Shown here: positions 39,491 to 52,089 of the stretch, in pieces
Position numbering within the stretch: the stretch's first letter is position 1
Layout: every line of letters begins with the position of its first letter
Assembly (NCBI GenBank): GCA_047967505.1
Contig: CM106538.1
Strand: one strand, 5' to 3'
Length of the DNA stretch: 64,000 bases
Source of the DNA: Dipteris shenzhenensis
Taxonomy: Eukaryota
Notes under the pieces: model-generated
What the model was told of the DNA's origin: nothing
Databases searched by the model: none
Seen by the model: the letters and a program-made list of their open reading frames with translations, nothing else
Program-made: the position numbers and the translations under genes

Positions 39491-39676
39491 GTCGGCGGGT
39501 GCGTGAGGGTGGAGGCAGAGCAGGAGGAGCACGGGGGAGGCGGAGGTGGGCTGGAAGGAAGGGAGGAAGGGAGGGAGGCTATGGCGAGGAGGAGCTTCAA
39601 GAGCAGGGAGCAGCCACCAAGCTGCACAATTTTACTTGGGTCCATCCCCTTCCTATCCTACACTGATCTATCCTCT

Positions 39677-41028
39677 TGTTGGGCAGGCACACCCACAAAG
39701 CAGCCCTCACTCCTACTGTACACCAGGAGATGTCAAACTCTAACAGCATCAGTACAGGGATGGACTCAGGCTACCATGTAGGCAGCAAGATGGCTGCCAC
39801 ATGGGCAGCAGAAAGAGATGCTTCTAGTGCTATTTAATGACAGCCCAATGGGCCACCTGTGTCAGCATTTTGGGCTGGGTGGTTGCCCTGTTTAAGAGGT
39901 AAATGTGGGGGCTGGAAAGAGCCCAGTAATGAGCCCACATGGCGGACCAAAGGGCTGGGAAGACAGGCCCGGATTTGGGGGTTTATAGGCCCCAAGAGCA
40001 GCTCCTGGTCAGCCTGTTCAAGTCGGCCAGTATGGCTGCAAACAGATAGACAGCAGCCAGACCCAGGTTTGATCAAGAGGGCTGGTCGGCCCCTTATAGG
40101 TTGGCTGATCTGGTCAGCCTGCAGACTGCAGGTTGGCATTTATCCCCTATATAAGGAGCACCACTTGGGGCTTATACCTAGATGAATCCAGGAACATTCC
40201 CAAAGTCATCCTCTAAAAACACAACATAGTGCAGTTTCAATCTATCGAGAGTCACTTATAAGATTGAAAACCATAAACTCCATAACGCATAGCAGGGACT
40301 AGCTACTATGACATCCCCACTGATGTCATCAGCGCCCAACAGTGGGTGTAGACCATAGTATAAAAGTATGCTCTCACACATACAAATCCACACACCCACA
40401 CATACTTGAGCATCCATTTATACAAAGTCTTCGTACTAAGTTTCTGTCGGCACTCCGGAGGTGAAGGGCAAACTCAGCCATGACGAAGGCTAGCACTAAA
40501 GGAGAAGGCTAGCACTTGGGGCTTCCAGGGATTCCAGTCTGCAGATCACCTTTTAGGGTGAAGAACAGACGCAGTTCCAGTGATCAGCAATTAGTTCAGT
40601 GTAATGCAGCGGGCAGATTTTGGTGCATGCCTTAAGAAACAAGGGGAACACAAGACACATACTGAAGCCTACCCAGAGAGGCACGTGGCAGTTTGGAGAA
40701 GATTTGCATCAGACACTGCAGCACGCAGAGTTTGAAATGGTGCCCTACCTCAGCAGAACTTGCTGCAGGTGTAGGTACACTGGCGAAGCTTGTTCTATAT
40801 GGTATACATCATCTGTAAGAGATCTATTACTGGCTGTACATATGTGTATTCTTTCTCTCTCCAGTTCTGAAAGTGTTCTCTATCTATCTCTTCTTCTAAG
40901 TTCAAAGTCTCGAGCGAGATACGTGAGTGTTGCAAAATCTTCCATACAGTTGGGGACTGCAAGGACATTCATCTACACATTGCATGAGCTTTGCTCTGTT
41001 CAAACAAGCGTATGTGTATTTTCCAACA
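39677..41028 (+). mobile_element. Probable solo or partial LTR (TGTTGG...CCAACA), related to a fragment starting at 25963
   Basis: Terminal inverted hexamer, internal TATATAA at 40148, and a shared GGCAGCA..ATGGCTGCCACATGG segment with 26088-26110. No TSD found. Confidence 0.45.
40174..40512. repeat. ~335-bp dispersed duplicate of 43731-44056
   Basis: Clear colinear similarity. Flanked by the 12-bp direct repeat CACTTGGGGCTT. Confidence 0.9.
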
Positions 41029-41847
41029 ATCGGTAATTGCAAGGACATTAATCTCTCTACACGTTGTATTAGCTATGCTATGCTATAACAAGTGTAGGTT
41101 TATTTTGCAATCGCAACGATAGCTTTCTGCATATCAAGTCTTTAGTCATATAACGCACACTCGAAAGTAGTTCGTAACCACATGTTTTGAACCTACCCTT
41201 TACAATTCAATATGCAAAGACAGCTGAGTTCCTGCCACTTCCCTCGGAGTTGAACACAACTTTTACAATCCCATTAGACCACAACTGTTGTATAGCTGAC
41301 ACATTTCATCAGTCTAGCATACTCACTCAAATGTCCAAGATATACTTACAGAATATAGCAGATCTGAAAAACATGGATTACTTAATCCCTCCCTCATGTA
41401 ATGAAAGCACTAAGAAGTTGGTTACCATGTTGTTTTGTAGTACTCGACACAGGAAAGGGAAGGGCCATTTGCTTAAAATTTACTATGTGCTGCAAGACAC
41501 ACTGCCTTTCCAAATGTATCAAGGCTACAACTGCAAGCATGTGGATTCAACCGATCCATCTATTGGCCAAACTACATCCTGAGTGCTGGCTTCCTGCGCC
41601 TCGACCTAATTTAGATCCATAGGCCCTCCCCAGCTGATGTTTCCTGTTGCTAATGTCCCTAAATCTGAAAACTTTTTTAAAAACCTGATATCATTGTTAC
41701 TTTTTCCCAGATTAAATAGATGCATGAAAAAATGTCACCTTTTGTATGGTATTTGAGATCTGAGGGTGTTATGTAGGGTGATTTTGTTCAAATTTTACCA
41801 GATAAATTAAGACTTCATATTTTTGGAGCTATAACAGTACAACTTAC

Positions 41848-41917
41848 AAGCAGTGCAGGGAAAGCCTCCCATAACAGCTACAGGCTGAACAGAGGCGGTA
41901 GGGACGATCCACTTTAT
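41848..41917 (-). CDS. APT1-like exon 4 (IKWIVPTASVQPVAVMGGFPCTA)
   Basis: Acceptor CTTACAG|, donor |GTAAGT; 70 bp. Carries the conserved IKWIxPTA...GGFPCTAW motif. Confidence 0.93.
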
Positions 41918-42153
41918 CTGTAAGGTTCACAATAAAATCAGGCCAGACTTTCAACTAAAAGGCATTGCATAATCTACCATGAAAACCACAAACAATCTCA
42001 GCATGGCACTAAATTTGATGCTATGAGGGTCATAACAGATAGTGAATAATCGAACAACCATTCTGTTGACTTTCAATTTTCCTGATACATACTTCAGCCC
42101 TAATTACGGAGCACCACAATATCAAAAAACGAGCCTGATTACTGTAAACTTAC

Positions 42154-42190
42154 ATTGTGAAGCGGAAGTTTCTCTAGTTCTTCAGCCCAG
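42154..42190 (-). CDS. APT1-like exon 3 (SWAEELEKLPLHN)
   Basis: Acceptor TTTTTTGCAG|, donor |GTAAGT; 37 bp. Phase-compatible with both neighbours and matches the SWSQLLExLPLPN segment of plant homologues. Confidence 0.9.
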
Positions 42191-42391
42191 CTGCAAAAAA
42201 GACAGATTTGTCAACAAGCAATAAACCTGCTATGAAAACTTTTGCCAGTTACCCAAACATACGGCATACAGATCGGCAAACAATATGCAACAAGAGAGTT
42301 CTCCCACAAAAATAGCATTGAAATGTGAAAGCTTAAGCAACAAAGTTCCTAAAAAGTAGTATCATTCAAGCGCAGGAGCAGTAGAGGTAGC

Positions 42392-43276
42392 TGTTGGGGT
42401 TTTAGACGAAGGTCGTAGCATAAAAAGAGAAGTACAAATTTCCAATTGTCAGGACCTATGTGCAGGCAGAAAAAGTCTCTCTGGTAATTCGCAGCACATA
42501 AGAGCATGCCCAGATACACACCAGTAGCAGGAAATACTTTACTTTCGAATTCTATAACGTGGGGGGCGGTAGTTGAGGGAGGAGATCTTTGAGGAGGATC
42601 TCCCTTTGCCGATGCATCTCAAGTAAGAACAGCCCAAGGCATCTCTAGTCCGGGAACTCCATGATCCTGAAAAGTGGCCCAAATCCCTCCCTGAAATATA
42701 GTGGAATCTCCCCAGTATCTCATAGTACACGGTGCATCAACATATGTAGTGCTTCTCTGTCTCTACCTCAGCGACGTATTGCTTCTCTATCTCGTAGTAC
42801 ACGGTGCATCAACATATGTAGTGCTTCTCTGTCTCTACCTCAGCGAGGCAAAGCCTGCAGATCCTGTCCGCCCAGTCTATTCCCTCAAACCTCCCAGTCT
42901 CAAATGCAAAGTCTATGTGATAATATGTCCGGATCTTACCGATGGCAATCCTCATGGCATGTGACATGCGGACCTCCATGTATCCAGGTCAAAGCTGTCC
43001 TCTGTAAACCTGAGAAGGTGACCCTGTAGAAGGCCATCTTGGTGCTGAGGCCCTACGCCAGCACCACCCAAGTATGGGCAGTTGCCTCAAAACTGTCTTT
43101 TATCAACATGAGAAGGAGATAAGAATGCTACAGATGGAAGCCATCCATTTAACATCGGTAGCACGACAGGAGAAGATCCTCACAGAGGATGCAAGAGGCC
43201 AAGGTAGAGCTAGTAATTGTCTGAAGAGGTCTAACCGGATGAGCTGGTTGATCTCCACGCGTGCTCTACCTCAACA
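42392..43276. mobile_element. Possible solo LTR (TGTTGGGG...CCTCAACA) with an internal ~72-bp duplication
   Basis: Terminal inverted repeat. Tandem copy at 42715-42846. No TSD. Confidence 0.4.
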
Positions 43277-43730
43277 TTGCTTCTGGCAAAACCCTTGCTA
43301 CTATAAGACTAAAAGATAGAACTATAAGCTCTTATCTTCATGCTCTTTAAAGTCTCTCCAATCCTAGAGAAGGCCTGCACTTCATTCATTGTTGTCATGC
43401 ATTAGTAATGTCAAATTCTTACACTATTCATTACCATTTTACCAGCTACTGCAAAGAATGCAATATTCCATGCTCAAACAAAGCACATAGAGGTCAAGTA
43501 CCAATTTGTTTGAGATCTGGCAATGGCAAATTGGTAAGTACTTTGCAAATGGCATTAAATACCTCATCTATCTAGAGGTCTGATAGGGAGGGATACACTG
43601 GTCATAGCACATTAAAAGCATGAATGCACAAAGCCCTATCCTATGCCAGCCAAAAACACAAGTGCATGAGATGATCACAGCACATAACATAGTATGCTCG
43701 CAAAGCATCAAAGGCACATAAGGAAATCAA

Positions 43731-44056
43731 TATACCTAGATGAATCCAGGAACATTCCCAAACTCATCCTCTAAAACAATTTCAATCTCATGATAGTCAC
43801 TCACAAGGTTGAAAACCATAAACTCCATCATGCATAGCAGGGACTAGCTACTATGACATCCCCACTAACGTCATCAACGCCCAACAGTGGGTGTAGACCA
43901 TAGCATAAAAATATGCTCTCACACATACAAATCCACACACCCACACATACTTGAGCATCCATTTATACAAAGTCTTCGTACTGAGTTTCTGTCGGCGCTC
44001 CAGAGGTGAAGGGCAGACTCAGCCATGATGAAGGCTAGCACTAAAGGAGAAGGCTA
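43731..44056. repeat. Second copy of the ~335-bp segment
   Basis: Matches 40174-40512. Flanked by AATCAA on both sides. Confidence 0.88.
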
Positions 44057-46010
44057 ATCAAAAGGTAGTCCAAAATCTCTTCATTCAAGCTACAACTGCT
44101 TGTGAAGTCTAAACATTTTCATTTTAGTCTCTCCCCAATGAGCATCTAAATCTAAATCTAGAACAAAGCATCTTGCAACAAGAAGCATCGAGTATCCACC
44201 CATTACTACCCATCCATTACATAGGACCCCTTGCAATGAGATGGTTCCTCTTTATAACCACCATAAATCTCCATCATATGATTCCTCTTTGTTGCCTCCT
44301 TGTTTGAGTTTAAAATGTTCTTGGTGAAGCCTTTATTATGTTTTTAACTAGCTTATACTCCATAATACCATAAGAATGCTATCAAGAATATGCATTCCGA
44401 GAGTTTCAACCACCAACATAATGTAGGTATCAGTGCACTCCCTACTTGATACAACTCAATTTACTACTATAGTTCTCAAACCAATCATACCATATTTAAA
44501 ACCACCAAATATAGCCATAGTATGGCTTTTGAACTTTTTAGTGAATCTTCTTCAGTTACCCACCAATTTAGTGAAAGGACCTAGCAAGTTCAGTTGGATC
44601 CTAGCCATTCCAACCATGACGATGTTCATGTTACTTAATGACAAGCAAATGCGATACATGCTAAATAAAGGAGCCCCAAGAGACACAAGGTTTGCTGAGT
44701 TGGGAAATGAAGGGTTGCCCTGTCCATTTCTCTTCTATACAGTTTAGGCCTTTCAACACCGACCCCATTTGTCATAAATAGAAACTCCTGTATGATCACT
44801 GCTTACAGCATACTTTGGCGGCAAGATAAATGCAGTCTGAAGGCCAGCCAGCTGTGATACAAAAGCTGATCCAACAATACAAGAGGTTTCAGCGTTGACT
44901 GTTTATCACGAACCAAGGAATGTGCCTCTCCTTCACAGCCAACAACATAATACCACTGAGAAAAACTTATTGCTACTCATAGCAGCTCTAACAAATTTGC
45001 CTCGTAAACACATGGAAGAACAGGTTATCAGACACTCTGTTGAAATACAAAGGCATGCTTGTACAGTTCCAACGTCAGCTGAAAGCAACATTTCTTCAGG
45101 TTCTAGAGTTCCAGGCTACATGGATGGACAAAAGACCTGCTGCAAATTCGTTTGTGTCTTTATTAATTATTACTAGATAGTTGGGGAATAAATTTCACAT
45201 CTCTCTCATATTGTGCAGAGGAAATTGGCCCACCCATCAGATTGCAGCACCTTGTGATTGTCACAACGCTGATGAACCGGACCCCCAACGCCCTTTTCTT
45301 GGTTAAGTGTAAAAGAGCAAACCCAATACGTAGATCTCGGACTGATATCAGTGTATTTTTCAGGCAATAAAAAAACATTTTCAACTATTTCTTGAAGATG
45401 ATGACGCCCATCATACTAGTGATCATCAATGTTGCTTTTAGGTAATTTGCAGGTTCAACTTTTCTAAACCTTCTCTGTTTTTTGCAAAAAGAATTTAAAA
45501 AAAGCGTTTTATCTTGCCATGAACTATCATCAACCTTGAGAGTTCCTCTTCAAAAAAAGACCACAGCTACTCTTGCAGTTAGATCCAATTATGACGGTGA
45601 CACTTTCGAGGTTGCTGATCCGAAGTGTCACTAGGTTTTGAGTACAGTTTGCGGTGGTCAACATGATAGGTAACAGTTCTAAGCTCCTGTTTGTATGGCC
45701 ACAGCCTGTCATCGACATTGTTTGTCTTCTGTATTCAATCTGAATGTCCCATTGCCCTAATAGACTACAATGCTGCTTCATTAGAAGTTACATCACGGGC
45801 AAGTTCCAAATAGGAGGACAACAGGGCGATACAATGATGCGATAAATGGAATACAAGTGACTAGAAAGGTAAAGGGTATAAAGTATATATGTTCAAGATT
45901 GTTTTGGTCTAACATTCTGACGGTTCGATCTAGATTCTACACGTACGACGCTTAGCAGGTCCGACAACGTAAAAACTCAAAGATTCTAAGAGGAAAAAAG
46001 GTATAGGTAC

Positions 46011-46122
46011 CTCGCACCAACATCCCCAAGACCATGCAGCCAAACGACAGTGGCCTTATGCTCGCCTTTGGGCGGAATTGCATGCGTCTTTCCGAATTGC
46101 AGCTTTTTCCGAGGTTGGAAGC
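46011..46122 (-). CDS. APT1/lysophospholipase-like hydrolase exon 2 (FGKTHAIPPKGEHKATVVWLHGLGDVG)
   Basis: Contains the family N-terminal motif HGLGD. Acceptor TGCAG|, donor AG|GTAC; 112 bp. Confidence 0.93.
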
Positions 46123-46209
46123 CTGCAGGAGCAACAATGAAGAGCCATGAAGTGAAGGAGGCTGGTAAGAAGCGATGGGAAAAGAAGGGGACGAGAAGGA
46201 GAAGCGCAC

Positions 46210-46285
46210 TCATGTTGGGAGGAGCAGCAGATGAACTGATATCGGGAGGGAGACTGGCGAGATCGGTGAGCTCGGTGGAATCCAT
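46210..46285 (-). CDS. Acyl-protein thioesterase/carboxylesterase-like gene, coding exon 1 (MDSTEL...PPNM); a further in-frame ATG lies at 46414
   Basis: ATG at 46285. Donor A|GTGCGC at 46209, followed by an 87-bp GT-AG intron. The phase joins exon 2 to give NM-S-FQPRKKLQFGKTH. Confidence 0.65.
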
Positions 46286-46859
46286 TGGGTGGGGAAGAAA
46301 GGATTGGGAGTGGAGGAGACGAAGGGGAAAGAGGGTGAAGCTATGGTGATGAAAAGAAAAAGAAGAGAGGGTGAGGCTTGCAAAAGGGGAAAGCCCAAAT
46401 GCTCCTGCACTCATTTTGAGACAACCATTTGCTTCATTCAATTTTTTCTACTTCTTTTAATTACATGCCCCTATTCTCCTCAAACTCTTTCATTTGCACA
46501 ACATTTATTTTCTCTCACTTCAATTTCTTTACATTAGGTGCACCTTTTAGGTGTCTCATTCGCCCTTTCCCTTCCTTTATGGGATCTTGGAGTTGCGTTC
46601 TCAATGCTATATAATTCTATTTAAAAATGTGTTCAACATCAAAAAGTGGACTCCAAAGAATTCAGAACAGCAATTCTAGCCCCTAATTAGTTGATTATGT
46701 AACACCAAGTGATTGTAGAACAACAGTCGTAGCCCCTGGTTGGTGAATTGAAGGGTTTGCATTTATTTTATGACTGAGGGGATCATATGATGCGAGTAAT
46801 TCCATATTAAAGAACTATTCATTATTTTTAACCAAGGTTCAAGAATTTGCTAAAAAGCC

Positions 46860-47078
46860 ATATATATATACATATATACATACATATATATATATGTATA
46901 TATATATACACACATACATACATACATACATACATACACACACACATATATATATATAGATCCAGATCTAGATCTAGATATATATGTGTGTGTGTGTGTG
47001 TGTAATATGTTTATGTGTATGTATATGTATATGTATGTATGTATGTATGTATGCATGCATGTATGTATGTATATATAT
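46860..47078. repeat. Compound (TA)n/(TACA)n/(TATG)n microsatellite, roughly self-inverted around AGATCTAGATCT
   Basis: Direct reading of the sequence. Confidence 0.9.
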
Positions 47079-48340
47079 CATTTCCCCCCAGGAGTCAGGT
47101 ACCATGATCATCTTCACCAAGCCAAACCAAATTACATGAATCACCATCTAAAACTCATGACCAAACAGTAGAGCACTTCCAACTCAACCCCAAGCACATA
47201 GAGGACATGGGAAAGGTCTATAGTCTAGTAGGCATTTGTACCCCATAGCACGGGCATCCCATGTGTCAACTAGCTTGTCAGCTTACCATGCCTATGGACA
47301 AGATCCACAATCCAAGGATTGATTCGTGAATGCCCATGGCCCAAGCTCTTACGCCAATATACAACCCAAGCCATGTCTAAATATATCTTGAATCCTTTTT
47401 ACCCCTTATGCCTCTAACTGAAATGGTATTGTATTAACCCTAGCCCCCCTCCTCCATGCCTTGGCACAGGGCCACATGGTTGTATTAACCCTAGCCCTTA
47501 GGCCTTAGCTAACTACCTTATCCTCTAGGACCTCTCTAATCGACAACCCATGGTTAGCTAGGGATGTAACATTCTTCCCTTCTTGAGATATTTATGTTTG
47601 TATAAATGGAGTAGGGAGCCCTTATCTTTGAGCTGGCAATTCTCTCTTTACATAGATCTTACATACATTCCATAATAGAATGAATCTTGTTTTCATTCCA
47701 AAGTCTTGAGACTTCTAGAAGATTGCATAAATAACTCTTAACCAATACTTATACTATCCCATACCACCATAAGTCATCCTTGAGAGGATGATTAGGTTAG
47801 ACATTAACAAGTTTTGGTTCACCTTAGGCCTTTAGTTAATTAAAACATTCTACATCATGTTGCTTAACTCCTAAATTCCTATGCGAAGATGGATGCTAGA
47901 TCTTCCAATTAGTTCTAACTCATCTACAAATATTGACATATTTCTTTCTTCTTACACACAAGTAGATGAATTGTGAAACATGTCAAATATAATCAAAGAG
48001 CAGAGTCGCCATGTCATCAAGGAGATGTGACATCACTCCTTGCCATGTCGCCTTACATTGCCACACGTGCTGCCACATCAACCACATGTGCCACCTCATC
48101 ATTCCACATCATAGGAACTCTTGGAGCCATGTCATCACACCTTGCCAACTTGGCATACCTCGTCAACCTTGCCACATCACCAATCCCTCCACCTCAATTT
48201 GCCATGTCAATCTACCACCTCATGAATGCCAACTCATCATGCCACATCACATTTCCACATCATGGAAGAGACTCATATATTCCACACCATATTGCCACAT
48301 CATGACCATGCATGGTGCCACATCAGCCACATGTATACAC
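47077..48340 (-). mobile_element. Degenerate Gypsy-like 3' LTR (about 47077-47571) plus adjacent internal remnant
   Basis: On the minus strand, PPT AGGGAAGAA is followed directly by TGTTACATCCC. Confidence 0.45.
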
Positions 48341-48365
48341 ATCACGATGTGCGTGAGGCATAGAA

Positions 48366-48545
48366 TACCTCGATCGAGGTTTATGACCTGCATCAGGCAT
48401 AGAATACCTCGATTGAGGTATATGACCGTGGGGCATAGAGTACCTCGATCGAGGGTTATGACGTGCGGCATTGAATACCTCGATCAAGGTATATGACCTA
48501 GGCATAACATACCTCGATCGAGGTTTATGACCACGATCGAGGTAT
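48366..48545. repeat. Left subterminal array of palindrome TACCTCGATCGAGGTA (about 6 copies)
   Basis: Direct reading; 30-40 bp spacing. Confidence 0.92.
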
Positions 48546-48790
48546 TTGGAGGTACAAAACTGGAATAAAATCAAACAATGCAAACATTCAAAATTAACGT
48601 TGGATTCCAGCCAATTAGTTTCAATCTTAGCACCTTCTCCACCAATAATAATCAAGAGCAATCTAAGAGCAATCTAGTGGATGAGTTGAGGCTCTCTATA
48701 AGACACCACGTTTTGGTTCATTTCACCCATTCTTAGCCATTCTTGCCTCCTCATCACTTTGTCACACCTTCCATTGTACTTTCATTAACA

Positions 48791-51774
48791 ATGGGTTCTC
48801 AAAGCCGTAGAGCTAGTAGACGTGAAAGATGTAGGAACCCCCCCCCCAAATCTCATTGACGAGGAGCGCAAGCGGAAGGCTCGTGAGCGCAAGAGAGCCT
48901 CTAGAGCTAGAGCTCGCACTGCAACCACCGATCCACCTCCACCTCTACATCCCACCTCCAACTCCACCTCCACCCCCACCCCCACCCCCACCTCCATTGT
49001 CCCCCCATCCTCATCTGCTCCCCTACCTCTAGCCTCCGCCCTTCCCCTAGCCACCTACATTCTGGCCTCCACCTCTACCTCTTCCCCCTCCACCCTCCCC
49101 CCTCCCCCTCCCCCTCCCCCCCTTCCCCTTGGCGCCTCCCTTCCCCTCTCCACCCTACCATCTCCCATTGATCCCCTTGCCACACCTTGCAGCAGCAGTG
49201 TTGCTTCACGACGTGACTTGCCGAAGTCCACTATCTGTCGTCGTACTAGCAAGACTGTGTAGTCTTTTTTTAGTGACCTCACGCCAGCTTCGCAGTCTGC
49301 TCTTCTCACGTCCCTGATTGATCACCCTGACTTGGTAGAGTGTAGGAGGCTTGCTGGTCTTGGTGCACGTAGAGATAGGGTTGTATGTAGCAAGGTCCTT
49401 AGCAGTGTTCGATGTTCCTATGCTTCTATTAAGCATAGGAACTCCAGTGATGCCTTGGCAGCATGTCATGCTATTGTGGCTGCCATTAGTAGACCTCATA
49501 TGATAGGCCATGTGCATACCGCTTCATGTCTTCTTCGGGTTACACCACGCACATTGCGAGCAGGCATGATTAGGAGGCAGAGTCTAGAGGATAGTGAGAC
49601 TGATGCTCTTTGGGCTTCGAGTGGTCGTGCACCTCGTAGTGATCGATTGTTGGATGATTCCACTAGGTCCTTCATACAACAGGTTTGGGAGGATTGCACC
49701 GCGCACATTGCGAGCAGGCATGATTAGGAGGCAGAGTCTAGAGGATAGTGAGACTGATGCTCTTTGGGCTTCGAGTGGTCGTGCATCTCGCAGTGATCGA
49801 TTGTTGGATGATTCCACTATGTCCTTCATACAACAGTTTTGGGAGGAGCATTGCAGAGCATCCCCGGTGTTCAAGAAGGCATTGCAAAAGAGGGTGTCAC
49901 GCGGTGTGTACATTGAGCATGGTGCATGTTTTTTGGAGTGTACCCAAACTGAGTTGTACACTCAATTTGTAGAGGCACACCCAGAGTTCAGGATTGGGTA
50001 GAGGTCATTTGAGCGATGCAGGCCATGGTTTGTGCGATGCTCTCAGGAGCGTGACACATGCTGTTGTCGCTACCATGTGGATTTTGGATTGATGTATGAC
50101 GTATTCCGTTCCCTTGATGGTCATAGGGGAGTGGTTCCTACTAGCCCTCGTGACTTCATTCATTCCATATTGTGTACACGAGATGGTGATGCTTTATTCC
50201 ACTCCCTTGATTGTGTGGAAGGTAGGTGTACTTTGTGTGGTGACTTTGCTAGAGTGCCACGAGTTGCACTAGATACTTGTGATGTGCACATGGTTCGTTG
50301 GCAGCAGTATGAGTACAGTACCTTGACATTAGATGGTGGTGCACAATCGAGGAGGTTGCAGCTTGTGGGGAAGGAGACACCACGTGTTGTATTCATTGAC
50401 AGTTTTCGAGGGAAGCTATACCACTACATACGCCACTCACACACTGCGAAGTGGGAGGATCGTCAATTCCGTGCATGTTTGAGGACATTTCCTATAGGGG
50501 TGGTTGTCTCAGTGGTGGACTTTGTGGAGAATTATACCTTTGCACCACAGCATGAGATCCAATCGGAGTATTATTTCTCCGAACAGGTGACGTGTGATTG
50601 AGTTATTGGTTTTTTTATGGCCTCATTATATTGAATTATTTCAATAGTCATATTTTTTTTCAATGCCATATTGCAGGTTGCTATATTTGTGCACATTAGC
50701 TATCGTCATGCATAGGCTCATGTGGATGGCATTGATAGCACCATGGACTCACGCATCATTGTGCAAGAGTATCACTTCTACATTAGTGATGATCGATCGC
50801 ATGATGCCCATTTTGTGCAGCATTGCTTCACTTTGCATGATAGTTTCTTGAGGGATCATGGTGTCACATGGCAGCGGCACTGGATCTGGTCAGACGGCTA
50901 TGGTGGTTAGTTCAAATCTGCTAGACAGTTTTATTGGTTTTGCAGATGGCACCGTGAGACAGGCATTCCGATCACATGGAGCTACTTCAAGACAGGGCAC
51001 GGTAAGGGAGGTGCGGTGGTGCAGCCAGCACTTATCCACTAGTGCTATCTCCTCATTTCAGTCGCGTGACGATAGGGTGGTGAGCCGGTATTTTTGGTGC
51101 GTGGACATTGGGAGTCTTGATTGGTCTAGGCCTTTTGATTGTCATTCAGTGTCTGGCACTCCTGATTTCCATTCCATCAGGAGCATAGGTGAGTCTCACC
51201 CCATGGACGGTTTGCATGTTTTTGCTCTGCATGCATTGATGATGATTGGGGAGGGTGCTCCATGATACCATGGGCCGATCCATGGGCACGGCGAGTGCTT
51301 TCTCCCTTCCAGCCTTGGGAGGAGGTACATGATGATCAGGATGCAGGATCCAGTTCCTCTAGAGATTATGACCAGCTTATAGATATGTTGCGTATTGGTG
51401 ATATCTTCGCGGTTATTGCTTCGGAGGGCAATGAGGAGGGTGTGGATTATTACTTGTTGCGATGCTCTATGGTGAAGAGTGTGCTGAATGAGGATACAGT
51501 GGATGGGCATGGGATGCACTTCAATGCTCATAGCATGATTGTAGGTGGCCACTATTTTCAGCAGATAGAGAGGCGTGGTCGCTATATTGAGTTCCAGGAG
51601 TACATGGCGGATCAGGAGGCATACATGTATTCTCATCTTGTTGTTGCGATCAAGATTACTTTGAGTCGTGTTTGCACTCGCAAGGCGACATCCACTCCAC
51701 GATGGCGCCTTGCAGTGGCGGATCATGAGAGCATACTTGCAACTATTGGCATGAGATCTGATCCTGAGGATTAG
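48791..51774 (+). pseudogene. Sola2-like DDD transposase, intron 50587-50676, disabled
   Basis: Motifs TCCCRYH, DFVENY...EIQSEYY, ISDDRSHD, WSDGYGG*FK, GHGKG and CFCSAC. Several TAG stops, a 154-bp duplication at 49543-49850, and an apparent deletion just after GHGKG. TATA box near 48696. Confidence 0.78.
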
Positions 51775-52089
51775 CACATTACATATCATATTTTTTGGGA
51801 TCATCAGTTGATCAGACTGATTTTTATTGGGTATCACTAGTTGATTACATATTTTTGTATTCGATATGTATAGGCTCACTGTGTGACCATACCATTGTAA
51901 TTTTCATGGACTCATATTTTGTATTTCACTATGATGGTTGTATACACATTCATACACATCATTGTATTAGATTCTATTTTATACATGATGTCCGTTGTCT
52001 TCTCAATGGGATTTGTTGTGTTTGTAAAACAAAAAATTGTTTATTAGTAGTAATATTGTAATTGTGTTTTGTGCTTTAGGACATTTTAA

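Noticed and set aside
44807-44851. Candidate exon 3 with good AG/GT sites on minus
   Set aside because: The translation does not match the family and the phase is incompatible with exon 4. The exon at 42154-42190 fits exactly.
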